In this document: positions 12,685-26,440 of the stretch, piece after piece
Numbering within the stretch: position 1 is the stretch's first letter
Layout of the letters: the number at the start of each line of letters is the position of its first letter
Source: Lama glama
Lineage: Eukaryota
Length of the DNA: 64,000 nt
Assembly (NCBI GenBank): GCA_028534125.1
Contig: CM052816.1
Coordinates: 39,930,001 to 39,994,000 of the forward strand
Direction: 5' to 3'
Notes under the pieces: generated by a model
Databases searched by the model: none
Told to the model about the DNA's origin: nothing
Seen by the model: the letters and a program-made list of their open reading frames with translations, nothing else
Program-made: the position numbers and the translations under genes

Positions 12685-13760
12685 TTTGGGTATAACAATA
12701 AAGGCACAGGCAAAAAAATAAAAGACAAATTGAACTTCATTAAAAGTAAAAACATTTATGCATCAAAGGACATAATCAACAAAGTGAAAATACAGATCAC
12801 AGAATGGGGGAAAATATTTGCAAAGCACATATCTGGGAAGGGATTAATATCCAAAATATATAAAGAACTCCTAAAATTCAGCAACAACAAAACAACCCAT
12901 TTCAAAAATGGGCAAAGACCTGAGTTGACATTATTCCAAAGAAGGTATATAAATGGCCAATAAGTACATGAAAAATGCTCAACAGTGCTAATCATTAGGG
13001 AAATGGGAATCAGAACCACAGTGAGATACTACTTCACACCCATTAGGGTGGCTATTATTAAAAAATAAAATAAAACAAATATTGACATGAATGTGGAGAA
13101 ATCAGAACCTTTGTGCGTTGCTGATGAGAATATAAAATGGTGTGGCTGTTGTGGAAAATAGTATGGTGGCTCCTCAAAAATTTACATGTAAAATTATCAT
13201 TTGATAGAGCAATTCCATTTCTGGGTGTATACACAAAAGAACTGAAATCAGAGAACTATTTGTATATACATGTTCGTAACAGTATTATTCACAATAAACA
13301 AAAGGTGGAAACAGTTCAAACATACATTGAAGAATGAATGGATAAAAAATATGATCTACAAATACAACAGAATTCATTCAGCCTTTAAAAGAAATGGAAT
13401 TCTGATACATGCTGAAACATGAATGAAACTTTGAAGACATTATACTAAATGATATAAGCCAGACACCTAAGGACAAATATTGTGTGATTCCACCTATATG
13501 TGGTACTTAGAATAGCAAAGTATACAAAACAGAAATTAGAACAGTTCTTATCAGAAGGCAGGGGAGAGAAGAATGGGGAGTTATTGTTTAATGGGTATAG
13601 AGTTTTAGTTTGGGATGATTAAAAAGTTATGGGGGTATTATATATTACTAATGGTTGCACAACAGTGTGAATGTACTTAATGCCACTTAAATATACACTT
13701 AAAATGGTTAAAATGATAAATTTTATATTGTCTGTATTTTATCACAATTTTAAAAATAAT
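12685..13760 (+). mobile_element. L1MB-type fragment (ORF2 C-terminus plus 3' UTR)
   Basis: ORF 12679-12963 reads like L1 ORF2 (KIKDKLNFIKSKN...EWGKIFAKHISGKGLISKIYKEL). The 3' UTR ends AAAATGGTTAAAATGATAAATTTTAT...CACAATTTTAAAA. Confidence 0.9.
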
Positions 13761-13814
13761 TATGGCTCTTGTATAGGATTTATCTTCTCTATGTCAGGAA
13801 GAATCTTCATGGCT

Positions 13815-14035
13815 AAAAGAGCTACATTTATTAAGTGCATGCAGTGTGTCCAATGTTCCATTTAGTGCTGGTGGTATCTAACTCTGAACAACTCTGTAAG
13901 AAATGTGCTATACTCATCTTCTTATTACAACTGAGGGAAATGCTGAACAATGAGGAAAATTGGCTTTCCCAAGTTCACACTACAAATAAGTGACAGAGCC
14001 AGGATTTGAACTATAATTCTTCTCTGAACAATAAC
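13815..14035 (-). mobile_element. MIR SINE
   Basis: CCCAAGTTCACACTACAAATAAGTGACAGAGCCAGGATTTGAAC is the MIR core in antisense. Confidence 0.75.
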
Positions 14036-14444
14036 ATTATATTGGCCCACTCCACTTTCCAAACTGCAGTGCTGTTTACTCATTCAGCCTTTCAAATATC
14101 CACAGACCAACATATTCTGAGTCACAGATCAATCCTGAAACCAGATTTGGAAAGGCTGAAGGTTATGGTACATTCTCAGGTCTTTCTGAAATGTATTCTT
14201 ACTACACCCTCCTCTGTCATTTTCCATCTTTTCTGTATATTACCATTAAACACCAACATTCTGACCCCACTATATTTTTTCAGATTTTGATGTGTCCCTT
14301 TTAGTAATGGTGACTATCCAAAATAATTCTGCCTTTGTGAGGGATTTACTTTTTCATGTGAAGGTGAATGATAAGGAAAAGACACATTGTTATCATCAGG
14401 TCATTTTGGAATATACGTAAGAGGAAAGAGTAACACACACTCTT

Positions 14445-14860
14445 TTATTCACTCATTTTACTGACATTTCTTGTGCACAACCTGTATGTCTAAACTGTTT
14501 GAGAGCCGAAGAATTATTAGTGAATAGAAGAGATAAAACATTTGCGCTGTAGTAGACTGCATTCTAGTGGAAGTGTTCAGACAAAAAAGTAAACCAAATA
14601 CCTACCTACTTACCTAAGTGCGTACATACAGACTATGTGCTTACATAGCTACATAAGTACAAAAATATACACACATAAATATTATTAGTATGTTAAAAGG
14701 GACTAAGAGCCATGAAACAAACAAAAAAGGGTGAGGGGGATTAATATGCCAATAATGGCAGTTATGGAAAATAAATGAGTACTCTTTAGCAATCCCATTG
14801 AGAAGATAACATTTCCATCAAAACTTAATGGAGTATCATAAATGGAAAAGTTTATTACAA
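14445..14860 (-). mobile_element. L2 3' fragment
   Basis: ATTCACTCATT start then TGCATTCTAGTGG, typical of an antisense L2 3' end. Confidence 0.6.
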
Positions 14861-15039
14861 AGCAGAGGAGTCATATCTCTCTGTGATTCAGGATGTTATT
14901 AATTATTATTCAGCATTACTCCCTTGTGGACATACATAGCTGCAAATTTGTTGAGCATCTACTGTCTGATAGGTATTAGATAAATTATTGAGTTTTCTGA
15001 GTTTGGGCATGTGACAAATATTTCTGCTACTTCTATTTT

Positions 15040-16480
15040 TTTAAATTTATTAGAGGACATAACTAGTGTTGTATGTCAAGAAGAAGTAATTATTGACAGA
15101 AAATAACATAAAATGGTTATTATTCAGAGATGTCATAATTATAAATGCATAGAATTCAAATGAACTTATATTATAGATAAACCAAGGAAATTCAGAAGTA
15201 GATCACATATTTATAGTCACCTGATTTATAATAAAGGCGCTATTAAAATTTGGAGAGTAGGGATAATCTGGATAGTCTTTCAGCAGATAATTCTGGGTTG
15301 ACTGGATATTTATATGTAAAAAAAGAAACAAAACCTGTCAAACTACTTTCCAAAGTCAACTGCAGATGGATTGCAGGTCTAAACGTGCAAGTTAAAACAA
15401 TAAATATAAAATAAACATTAAATAATATCTTTACAACCTTGAAATGAGCAAAATACGTCATGAAGGAAAATTATCAGCTGTTAGTTGTCTGCATTAAAAT
15501 TTAGAACATCTGATCATTAAAAGACTCCATTCGTAGAGTGAAAAGACAACTGACAGAATGAAAGAAGTTACTTGCAATACATGTATATGGTATATACAAT
15601 ACAATGGACTGATAGCCAATAATATACAGAAAATTCTTATAAATCAGTAAGAAAAGAGCAAGAACTAAATAGAAAATGGACAGAATAAAATGGATTAAAA
15701 GGTAATAAATTCACCAAGGAAAATAACTGAGTGTCAATTAAACATATGAAAAAAATGTTTAATTTCTTTAGTCATTAGAAAAACACAAAATAAAACGACA
15801 GTAAGAACCACTAGCCATCTACCAGCATGGCTAAATTAAAAACGTAATACCCAGTGTGGAACAGCTCAACCCCTTGTACATTGCTAGTAGGAGTAAAAAT
15901 CATGCAAACATTTTGGAAAACTGCTTGACACTATCTACTAAAAATAAGCATATTTACTATTATGAACATCTATTCCATTTATACACACATAAACATATTT
16001 ACTCTTACCCCGAAGTTTACAGTAATCCTCATAGCAACATTATTCCCAGAGTTGTAAACTAGAAATGTCCTAAATGATATTACAGTAGAACGGATAAACA
16101 AATGGTGGTATCGCCATACTACTGAATACTCTTCAGCAATGAGAATGAACAAACTACAAATACACATGGCAAACATATTTAATAAACCAGACACAGAAAG
16201 TACATATTCAGTGATTTCTTGTAGATAAAATTTAACAATAAGCAAAGCTACTATATGGTTTTAGAATTCAGGACAGTGGTTGCCCTTGGAAAGGTAAGCC
16301 AATAATGACTGAGGAGGCAGAAGAACACTTCTCATGCTTTGGTAATGTACTATTTCTTGATCTGGATTTTGGTTACATGGATGTGGTGACTTTGTGGATA
16401 TTCAACAAATTATCTATTTTAAAATATTTACCTTGTTTTCATGTATATAATATGTCAATAGAAATGTTTACATTAAAAAA
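15040..16480 (+). mobile_element. Degraded L1ME-type element
   Basis: ORF2 remnants (GTCACCTGATTTATAATAAAGG) and the L1ME 3' UTR motif GGTAATGTACTATTTCTTGATCTGG...GGTTACATGG. Confidence 0.75.
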
Positions 16481-17759
16481 TGCCAGACTCTGCAGCACTA
16501 TTCAGGACAAAAATGGCGTCAGTGCTTAGCTTACTTGTTAAGTTTTACTCTGATTTGATTTGGTTTGATAATTCCATTCTTAAATGGCCCACTTTCCCAC
16601 CTCTGAGAAGGAGGCTTTTTACATTTTCTTTCATATTTTTAGTTCTTGCTAATTTAAAAATTAGTCTAGGCACTTAGCACTGTATAGCCAAATTAACTGA
16701 TGGTATAAAAATCAGTTAATTCAGAAGGAATTCAGATATCTACTGCAATACAAGAAGCAGCATAGACCAAGAGAAACTTTTAGATAGGATTTTTCTCAAA
16801 CTATTATTATTTTTTGTTTTATTTTTATTTTAGACCATATCAAACCCTACAAGAATTGGATCACTCACCTGAGACTCTGATAGCATACTTCCAATAATGT
16901 AATTTCTTTAAAAAGCTGTAACATCAACAGTTTCATATTTAATAGTTCTGTTTTTCTAAAGGAAAAAAATCATCTTACTGAATACTTAGATTCTCAATAG
17001 TCATTGTTGGGGAAGTGAGTAAACACTATTATGCTGATTGTATACAGTTGATAATTTGATAATGGACTAAAAGCAAAGTCTATCATGGTTTGGGGAGTTT
17101 ATGCCTGTTGCATCTGTCGAAGTGTAAAGTATAGGAGCCGCTTTCAAAAATGTATTGATTGAAACATTTTATGTCCAGTATTGATTTTTACATGAGTTTT
17201 CATATCTTTAATAAGGAGGGTATGAATCTAGAAATAGGTTTTAAGAGTTCATATTAAGTCCATGATTTATTCTATAAATATTGACTGAACCTTTCATGAT
17301 TTTGTGACATTGGACCTATTTTCATGTAAAGAAAAAAAATATTCTTTCTCAAATTAACTCCCTTTTAACCTACAGGGCCTTAAAAAAATTTTTTTTAATG
17401 GTGAAAGTTCTTTCCTAAATTACAGAGTCATGCTTTGGTGTAAATTAAATCCAGAGGCCGTTTGTGTATCCTCACAGATAGAATGAACTTTTCCATATAC
17501 AAATCAGCATATGCAGAAATGATTATATTTTGTTACCATTTAAAATTTTAATTAAAGTTGAAATAAAAATGTATTTTATTTCTATTATTCCTTATTACAA
17601 ATTGCCTAGGTTATTTCCTATGTTTACCATTTTTCCACCTATGTAGAAATTAGAATTGTTTCAGGTATGCAGGGCAAATTCATTGTTTAGATTCCCAAGA
17701 TTAGACTGTGCTAAATTTTTAAAATATTTTCTTAATCTAAATATAATCTATTTGTAACA

Positions 17760-18830
17760 ACATACAGCATTTGAAGAGCAGAGTTTTATGAGTGTTAACA
17801 AAGTGTACCTAGACATGTAAATGCCAATAAAACCGAACTGAAACATTTCGTTTGCTTCAGAAAGTTCTGGGGACACTTTTCAGTCTATTCTTTCCCCAAA
17901 CTCTAGCTAGTCCTTAGCAACTACTCTTATTTATATTTTTATAATTTTATCCTTTCTAGATTGTCATAGATGTGGACATATAGAGTATGCGGTCTTAATG
18001 TAGGGATTTTTCTACTTTGGATAATGAGTTTAGGTTCATCCATGCTGTTGCATTTACCTCCAGCCATTGTTTATTATTGCTAAATTCTAAGTCTTTACCA
18101 TATGCCATTTATTATTGCAGAGTACTGTGCTATGTTTTGTTTATCCATTTACCTCTTGATGGACATTCAGGTTCTTTACATGTTTCATATTATTAGTAAT
18201 GCTGCTATAAATATTTGTGTACAATCTGTGGATTTATGTTTTAGTTTGTTATGCAAATGCATAAGAATGGAACTGCTATAGAGGCCTGATGGTAAATGTT
18301 TAACAGCCAGCTTTCTGGATGGTCTAGGAGAAAACTTTGATATGTAGTGTTTGATCACTGCCATAGTGTAAATATTTTCACTATGACTGATTGCACATTA
18401 CAAACATTACACCATGAAGGCGGCGTCAAGAAGAGATATGCACAGAAAGCTCTCATGAGACCAGTGTGAGCAAGCCCTAGAACACGTATCATGGAACTGC
18501 TGGTTTAAAGAGTAACTGCATATTTAATTACATGAAACTGTCAAAGTTTTGGCTAAAATACCTGTCCATTTTTATATTTTCACCAGTTATATAGAAGAAT
18601 TTCACTAAAACTGGGTAATAATTTTTTTTTAAATTTTAGCCATTATAGTGTGTAGTGGTATCTCATTGTGATTTCAGTTTGTCTTTGCCTGATGACTAAT
18701 GATGGTGAGCATCTTTTCATGTGACTGTTAACCATTTGTATATATTTTTTGGTTAACCATCCATTCATAATTTTGCTCATTTTTCATTTATGTAATTTGC
18801 ATTTTATTATTGAGTTACAAGAATTCTTAT
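17760..18830 (-). mobile_element. Old L1M (ME/MC-like) 3' region interrupted by MER63A
   Basis: TTCATCCATGCTGTTGCA, TTGATGGACATT and GTGGTATCTCATTGTG...CTGATGACTAATGATGGTGAGCATCTTTTCATGTG. Confidence 0.75.
18278..18490. mobile_element. MER63A-like hAT (Blackjack) non-autonomous DNA transposon
   Basis: TGGTAAATGTTTAACAGCC...TGTAAATATT...GAAGAGATATGCACAG match recalled MER63A. Flanked by the direct repeat ATGGAACTGCT (18267-18277, 18491-18501). Confidence 0.7.
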
Positions 18831-20200
18831 GGAGCAGTTCTAAAACTTAATCTCCAGCACTAAGCCAAATCTAGTCAATACATAGCCTAAAGCACAGAAT
18901 CTCAGCTGATCTGTCTTGATTGCTCTCCTAGGCTTCTGCAGATCTGAGTGAAATATAAATACTTGTTTTGTCATTGTGATACTTGAAGTTGTTTATATTA
19001 TAGGCTATTTTTACAGCAACAAATTTCTAAAACAGGATTTGGCACTTAGAAATGAGGTATTTCAATAAACAAAAACATTAGCTTTGCTACTGAGTAGGAG
19101 GTAAAGGAAACTGGTAAAAGAAATTGAAAAATGGTTACTCATGCTTGGCTATTTAGGTAGTACATGCATTTGATAGTGGCAAAACATTAAAAATATTACC
19201 TGTGACAAACTGGAAGGAAGAAAAATGCATTTACTAAACTTGTGCTAATGGACAAGAAAGTTTTAAGGCAAAATACTGGGTGGGAGTTGAGTTTTATTAC
19301 CTGATTGTGTAGAGTATTAGAAAAAATGAGTTCTGTCTACAAACATAATTAATGTGAAATAGAAAGTTTATTAGTTCCTGAAATTTCAGGGTTAAAAAAA
19401 TGAAACACTTCTCACCAAATTAAACTTACCATGAAGACAGCTTTGGGATGAAGATGAAATCCAGTGTTTAACAGATACACATTACTATATATAAAATAAA
19501 TAAACAATAAGGACCTACTATATACCACAGGGAACTATGGTCAATATCTTGTAATGTACTATAATGGGAAAGAATCTGAAATATATATATATACACACAC
19601 ATACATATATATACACACACACACATATACACACACATAGCTGAATCACTTTTTTTGTACACCTGAAACTGACATTGTAAATCGATTACACTTCAATAAA
19701 AAATAAGAATTAAAAAAAAAAAAGAGAAAGCCTTAGAGGAAAAACCATGTTAAGGGAATGCTTTAACCTTATTGTTAAAACCTCTGAAAGAATTATTTTG
19801 CTACCTAGTCAATTCTTAAACTCTTCAAGAGATTCTAGAAAGAAAGCTGAGTCTATATACCCAAAATACCTGTAATTACATACAGCAGATAGGGGGAGGG
19901 CAAGGAGAAAGAAAGAGTTTACAGAAGAAAACTCTTGTGTGGTTTTTGACACAGAACAAACTGAAATCAAATATACTGAAATACCACATAATAATGAGAA
20001 AGCTGAGTTGAAGACAATGTTACAGCTTAGAGTAAACGAGACTATAATTCTCTGAGATGTAAAAAACAAAAACCCTCTAGGCCTTGATAGAATGTAGCAG
20101 GTTAAGAAAGTTCTCAAGCCCTTTCTTCAAATAGGTGATTTCTCAGTATCACCTTCAAATGTGGTCCCAAATAATTTTGTGAATGCAAAATAATCTTGAT
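18830..20200 (+). mobile_element. MLT1-type LTR 3' part plus MaLR internal sequence, interrupted by an L1
   Basis: LTR-like end (...ACAGCAAC...AAAACA) followed by GATTTGGCACTTAGAA, resembling the start of a MaLR internal region. Confidence 0.5.
19466..19722 (+). mobile_element. Artiodactyl-type L1 3' end with internal (TA/CA)n and poly(A)
   Basis: CACAGGGAACTATGGTCAATATCTTGTAAT...CTGAATCACTT...GTACACCTGAAACT...AATAAAAAA. Confidence 0.9.
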
Positions 20201-20239
20201 ATTTAAACAGAACAAAGATATAACAAAGAATAATATAAC

Positions 20240-21790
20240 TCAACAACACAGATATAAATATCCTGTGGAAAATATTATCAAAATCAATCCCAGTGATAAA
20301 TAAGTTATATTACATCAAGACTAATTTGGGCTTACTCTAAAAATGCAAACGTTGTTAGGCATAAAGAATTCAAAAAAAAGTATCTCAACAGATTAATGCA
20401 AAATAGGAAAAAATTATATGATCAAATTGGGAGCTTAAATAGTAGCATTTGAAATTTCAAACATACTTATGGTAAAAGTTTTGCAAACTAGTAATAATAA
20501 GAAAATTTTCTTAATTTGGCACAGAGTAACAACAGAAAACCTTAAGCTACAGTATATATAATAGCAAGATAATGAATGCTCAGATTGAAAATGAGACAGA
20601 AAAAATTTTTTTTGAGACAAATATTTTTATTTTGCATTTTACTGGAGATCCTAGTAAAGGATCTGATGACTAGGAGGGAAATAAAAGGAAACAACAACAA
20701 AAGAGACATTTTGGAAAGGAGGAAAAGCTCTTGTTATTTTCTGAGGAGATTTTGAGCAAAATAAATACAAAAGTATCTATACAATAATAAAATTCAGGAT
20801 TAATTTAGCAAGGTTGGTGAATCAGTCATTAATTTATTTCCATATGTATATAAGAAAAATAAAATTGAAATAAAAATACCATACACAGTGATACTGAAAA
20901 TACTGTAGTCCTCTGAATAAGTTTAGCAAAAATATGCAAGATATTTATACTTAAAATCTACAAAATATTATTGAGAAAAATTAGAGAACTAAATAAATGG
21001 AGGAATATGCCAATTTATCAATTAGAAGATTTAGTAATATGATGATGATTCTCTCTCTCCAAATTGATCTTCAGATACAACATAATTCTAATCCAGATCT
21101 CAGCATATTTTTGCATGGAAATTGACAAGCTAATTTAAAGTGAATATGGAAATGTGAAAGGCAAAAGATTGTCAAGGCAGTCTTCAGGAAGGACAACAAA
21201 ATTGGAGGACTTACATTATCATATACCAAAACCTTTCATAAAGAAAATTACACTATAGTGATAATGTATTATAGAACTAGCAGTTTCATTTCTTGGTGTA
21301 TGCCAAGAAGAAAGCAGGCTTATTATCAAAAAATATCATACATCAAATTACTAATGACAACACTATTAATAAGTGCTAAAAATATAAATTATCCACTATC
21401 TACTGACAATAGAATGGAAAACACATGTGGTGTATTCACAAAATGGAATCGTATGCAGCAGTGAAAAGGAATATGTTATAACTACATAAAACAATATGGA
21501 TGAATCTCACAACATAATGTTCAGCAAAAGAAACATGACAGAAAATAATACTTATTTGGTGACTCTACTTTGATACACTTTACAGTCCATAATGATAGAA
21601 TTGAGGATAGTGATTTCTTTTGGGAGATGTGGGGAGGTGGTAATATTTAGAAGGGGCACAACAAGTGACTAGAGTAGTCCACATTCTTGTTCTTACTCCC
21701 ATTGGTTGCTACATAACTCTTTTTATCTTTTTTAAAAATTTGTATATTTGTATGTTTATAAGATGTGCACTTTCTAGTGTCTAAAGAAGA
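20240..21790 (+). mobile_element. Highly degraded L1M ORF2 and 3' UTR
   Basis: GAACTAAATAAATGGAGG, AAATTGACAAGCT, TTGGAGGACTTACA and ATGGATGAATCTCACAACATAATGTT remnants. Confidence 0.7.
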
Positions 21791-22821
21791 ATACAAAATA
21801 GCACATTTGAGAACAGATATAGGCAGAGATTTGTTGAGTAATGTTAATAGAAGTGTCTATCTTACCATAGAAAAGATCCAAAACTATTTGCTTCTGAGAT
21901 GTCTGGAACTGCAGTTTAAATGAGATACTACCCATGGATTCATTATTTAGATAGGTGATGATTTTTTCCCATTGTATTCTACAAAGATATTTTCACCTAA
22001 TGTTCACCATATGTATTTAATTTTGGTAAATGATTCTGTCATTTTGTAACTTAATAAGACTAAAGAATCCAATAATTAATAATTTAAGATAGGAATTGAG
22101 AATAGACAACACAGAATCAAATTCATTTTAGTGTCTTGCCATGAAAAAGTATATTGCCAAATTCACAAATAATTTATGTGCATAATTTTATTATACATGA
22201 TAAATATATACCAAAATACCTACTAATAATCTATAAGATCACTGTAAATTAATAGTCAGTAAGCTTCTACATAATGCGATTATTGAAGGATTTTAATTGC
22301 TTGGTTTGGCAGAAGGTGAAGTTACATGTATTTCTCCAAAAAAGCACAGATATGTATGAGGACTTTCAAAGACTTCTGTCAGCTCTATCAATCTGTAATG
22401 TGATGCTTTGTTTTGGAAAATACTGGTGACAGATTATCCCCAACAAACTGCTATGCATAAATATAAGTGTTGACTGTTAAGTAGCAAAACTGATTATGTT
22501 TGTCACTTGTGTGTTCTTCTCAATGTCAGTTATTTCCTAAAAAATCACATTGTAGCATCTTAACCATATCACTACGTATTTGCTGCTGAAACAACAAATA
22601 ATTTTAGTTTTTAAATATTAGATGGTTAATTGTCAAAAATGTATTTATACATATCTTTACATTACTGTGTATCTGTGTCAGAGTAAAATAATCTGTTAAT
22701 TATAGATAGGAGGTCCAATTCTTGGTTATGTATAATTTAGTGAAAAATACCTAGTCTGAAATCTTTTCTATAAGCCACCGAATAGATAAATGTACATAAA
22801 ACAGAAAAAGATTTAAAAATA

Positions 22822-23900
22822 GTGTTTTGATTATCTCTTGCTGTGTTATAAACTATTTCAGCGCTCAGTGGCTTAATACAACCATTTTATTTGTTTGCTC
22901 ATCTTTATGTAAATTTCTCAGGGTTACCCTGGATATCTTGTCTCTCCTCCAGTTCAAAGTAGTAGGGCTGCCTCAAATGAAACTGGAAGATCTACCCACA
23001 AAATGAATTCACTCATGTGCTTGGCAAATAGCAAATTGGTTCTGGCTGATGGGTGAGACTTTACCTGGGGCTTGGTCTGAACCCCAATTCTTTTGCATAA
23101 GGACTGTCAATTTGGGTGAATAAGCTTTTCACAGCATAGTGTCCCCAGGGGAGATAATACTTATTACATGTTGGCTGTTTTCCCTCTGGAAGGAAAAGCC
23201 AAAGCTCCCAGATCTTCTTTCTTGAGACTTAATTTAGAAACTGATACAATGTTGTTTGTGCTGCTTCCTATGAATTAAATAAGTCACAGGGCCAAGCCAT
23301 ATTCAAGGTGACAGTTTATACCATTGTGTAAAGACCTGGAAGCATGTCTCCTTAGGGGTCAACAAACCTACAGTTTGCCGTAGTCTGAGACACAGCCCCT
23401 AGGGATTCATGTTTCACTGACCTTCTTTTCAGTATCTCCAAAGTACCAACCCATTACGGCATCAGTTCAAGGTTGAAGCCTGTGATTTCACCATCCAAAT
23501 AAGGTCTGGATATACAAATGAAGCTCCTCAGGTACAGATAGAGAGTGCTCTAATGACCAATAAACTTAAAAAAAGGTCAAACAGATGCCTTCCAGACACC
23601 CAAAACATAGTGCTGAGCCAGTGACAAAAACAAAAAAATAGGTAGTGCCATTCCACTCAAAATGGCAGAGGTATACAGCAGTTACTGGTCTGTAAGAATT
23701 CTAAAACGCAGCCAATCACCAGTTTTTTGTTGTTATTTTGGGGGGGTGGGGGTTCGGTTTTTTGTTTGTTTGTTTTCTTAAATTTAGACCCAGTTATGTT
23801 GCCAGGTAATTGTTCTTCAGGGTCCCCAGCTCTAAAATCGAAGTGATCCTTCATTTTCTGAAAGAAATGACCAATGTTTCCAGGTGAACAGCTTTTTTCA
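22822..23900 (-). mobile_element. Old MLT1 (J/K-like) LTR plus adjacent internal sequence
   Basis: TTGCTGTGTTATAAAC...CTCAGTGGCTTAATACAACCATTTTATTTG is an antisense MLT1 LTR end. Confidence 0.55.
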
Positions 23901-23934
23901 CCTGTTTTTGTCTTTGTTTTTGCCTACAGAAGTG

Positions 23935-24710
23935 TTGGAGAAGATCTAGGTGATTTTAGGTTTGGCAATGCATTTATAAATACATGGGATGTATGATCCA
24001 TGAGGGAAAAAAATTAGTAAATTAGACTTCATTAAAATTAAAAACTACTGCTCTGATGATAGACACTGTAATAAAATGGAAGACAAGCCACAAAATGGGA
24101 GAAAATATTTGGAAAACATGTACCTGATGAAGAACTTACAGCCAGAATATAAAAATAGCATTCAAAGCTCAATAAGAAAACAACCTTCTTTAAAAAATAG
24201 GTGACAGATTTTAATAGACTCCTCATCAAATAAGATATTCTGACAGTAAATAATCACATGAGAAGATGCTAAAATATCTAGTATTAGGGAATTACGAATT
24301 TAAATAATTGTGAGATACCACCATAACTCTAATAGAACGGGTAAAAGTAAAAAAAACCAAAAAACAAAAAACTGACAATACCAATTTCTGGTGAGGATAT
24401 GGAACGACCTGGTCACAATAATAAAGGAATGTTATGAACAACTTTATGCAAATAAAGTTAAAAACATAAACAAAATGGATCAATTCCTTAAACAAAATAG
24501 ATGGATTATCTGACAGAAGATGAAATATAGCACTGGAAACAAAACCTTGTAAGAATTTACCTCATACTATATGCAGACATTAACTTGAAAAAGATCATTA
24601 GTTTAAAGGTACAATCTAAATTAATAAAACTTCTAGTAGGAAACAGGAAAAAATACGTCTAACCTTAGGGAAGGCAAAAATTTATTAGTAGAACTCAATA
24701 AACACAGAAC
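23935..24710 (+). mobile_element. L1MC/MD-type ORF2 fragments
   Basis: GACTTCATTAAAATTAAAAACTACTGCTCTG...AGACAAGCCACAAAATGGGAGAAAATATTTG. Confidence 0.8.
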
Positions 24711-24785
24711 ACAAGTCCTCTCCTTCCAGATACGTGGTTGAGAAGGCCAAAGTAACGTGGGGCGGTCCTCCCTCATGTGAGGGAG

Positions 24786-25373
24786 GTGAATGTGGTCTCT
24801 CTCTCAAAATACCTTATTGTAGAAACGCAATTCCTTTTGCATCTTAACTAAGCACGTATCACACAACTGTGGCCGCAACTTTTGGAGTTTGAGGTGCGAC
24901 AGCAAAACTAGCAAGAATTTCTTTATCCTTCACAATTTCAGCGGTAGAAGATTTGTTCTTACCTTAGACCTTTTGAGCCGCAGACAGGATTTTTTTTTTT
25001 TTCTTTCCTTATTAAGTTGAGAACTTTCACTTTCACTTAAAGGAGGCACCTCAGGGCTTCTCTTTGGCATATCCGAATTGCCAGCATCGTTACTTTTGCA
25101 CTTTGGGGCCATTATTGAGTAAAAGAAGAGTCACCTGAACACAAGCGCTGCGCTACCTCAGCGGACGATCCGATAACCAAGATAGCGGCTACGTGAGTAA
25201 CGGGAGGGTCGAGCGAGACACCGCGAGATTTCACACGCTACTCAGAAGGGCGCGCAGTTTAAGACTTAGGAATTCTTTATTTCTGGAATTTTTCATTTAG
25301 TATTTTCGAACTGTGGTTGACCGTAAGTAACTGAAACCGCGGAAAACAAAACTGTGATAACGAAGGACTACTG
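24786..25373 (-). mobile_element. MER44 (Tigger7-derived, TcMar-Tigger) DNA transposon relic
   Basis: Terminal ...GGACTACTG (reverse complement CAGTAGTCC TIR). Minus ORF MAPKCKSNDAGNSDMPKRS resembles the Tigger7 transposase N-terminus, frameshifted. Confidence 0.85.
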
Positions 25374-25389
25374 GATATGCGATTTTTTT

Positions 25390-26440
25390 CCCCACTTATG
25401 CTGGAAAATTTTAGGATATCCTTTTGTGTTCAGGACTGTCACTGTCATGACTGGCTATGGATGTATTTTCACACGTTGTGATCGATTAAGTGGATCCTTT
25501 CAATCTACAAACGCATGTCCTTCAAATCTGGAAAACTTTTTTGAGTTTTTCTATAAATAATTCTTCCTCTCCATTTTATCTTACTCTCTCGAGTTCCCAC
25601 GGGTATTTTTGAAATCTTAATTCTCTTTTACAACTCTTTTCTCTGTTGTTTTCCTTTTCCTCATTCTCTTTATTTTCTGAGCACTTTCTCAACCTTTCTT
25701 TTGAGTTTTTTTTTCATATTAATTTACAAAATGTATTTTGTGTTCTCTGATTGTCCTTTTCCCCCATAATTTATAGTTCCTGTTTAATAGATGCAGTATC
25801 TTTTTTAAATCTACCTGGGATAAAGTATAATAGCTTATTTTATTTTTTTCTCCCTGTGTAGTTTATGCTCCCTCCAAGTTTTACTTTTATGCTGTTTTGG
25901 TCTCTGTCGTCAGTGTTAGAGAATTTCCTCAGATGTTTGGTAATCCTGGATTTGTGCTTATGTTTAAGATCACGGTACTCAAATGTTGTCTTAAATTCTC
26001 TGTGCACAATGGAGGGTGCATAAGTGGTTGTGCAGAAAATCATATGTCTATTTGAACAGGCCAGTTTGTGAGGGGACTTCTAAAGTCAGTGGTGCTTGTT
26101 TTGGGTGGTTAAAGCCCTTATGGAAGAAACCACATCCTTCCTGCCTAGATGATATGTCAGACTACCGGGATGTTGTTAGCTTTGGTGGAATGGGGCTTGA
26201 CCATTTACACACACTTTCACTTAATTTCATTCTTTTAGTGTTACAAGGCTGCCCTCAAAGTTTCATGTTGTCTCCTAGGAAATTGATTCTTTGATTTATC
26301 CTCCCCAGTTAATTACCAGTAATTTTTCTGCTATCCATTTTCCAATTTTTACAATTATAAATTCCTCCTCTATTTTTTTTTCCTTCTGGATTTATGCCTT
26401 TAAAGTGTTCCTTTATTTTTATTCATGTTGACATTGGGAG
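25390..26440 (-). mobile_element. HAL1 / L1 ORF1-like relic
   Basis: Very T-rich tract with TTTCCTCAGATGTTTGGTAATCCTGG...ATGTTTAAGA, resembling recalled HAL1. Confidence 0.55.

Noticed and set aside
16869..16915. Minus-strand segment with a CAG|GTGAGT donor
   Set aside because: Weak and ambiguous acceptor, no peptide recognition; such sites are expected by chance in 64 kb.
24930..25112. ORF MAPKCKSND... as a domesticated transposase
   Set aside because: Only a short frameshifted N-terminal remnant within non-autonomous MER44.
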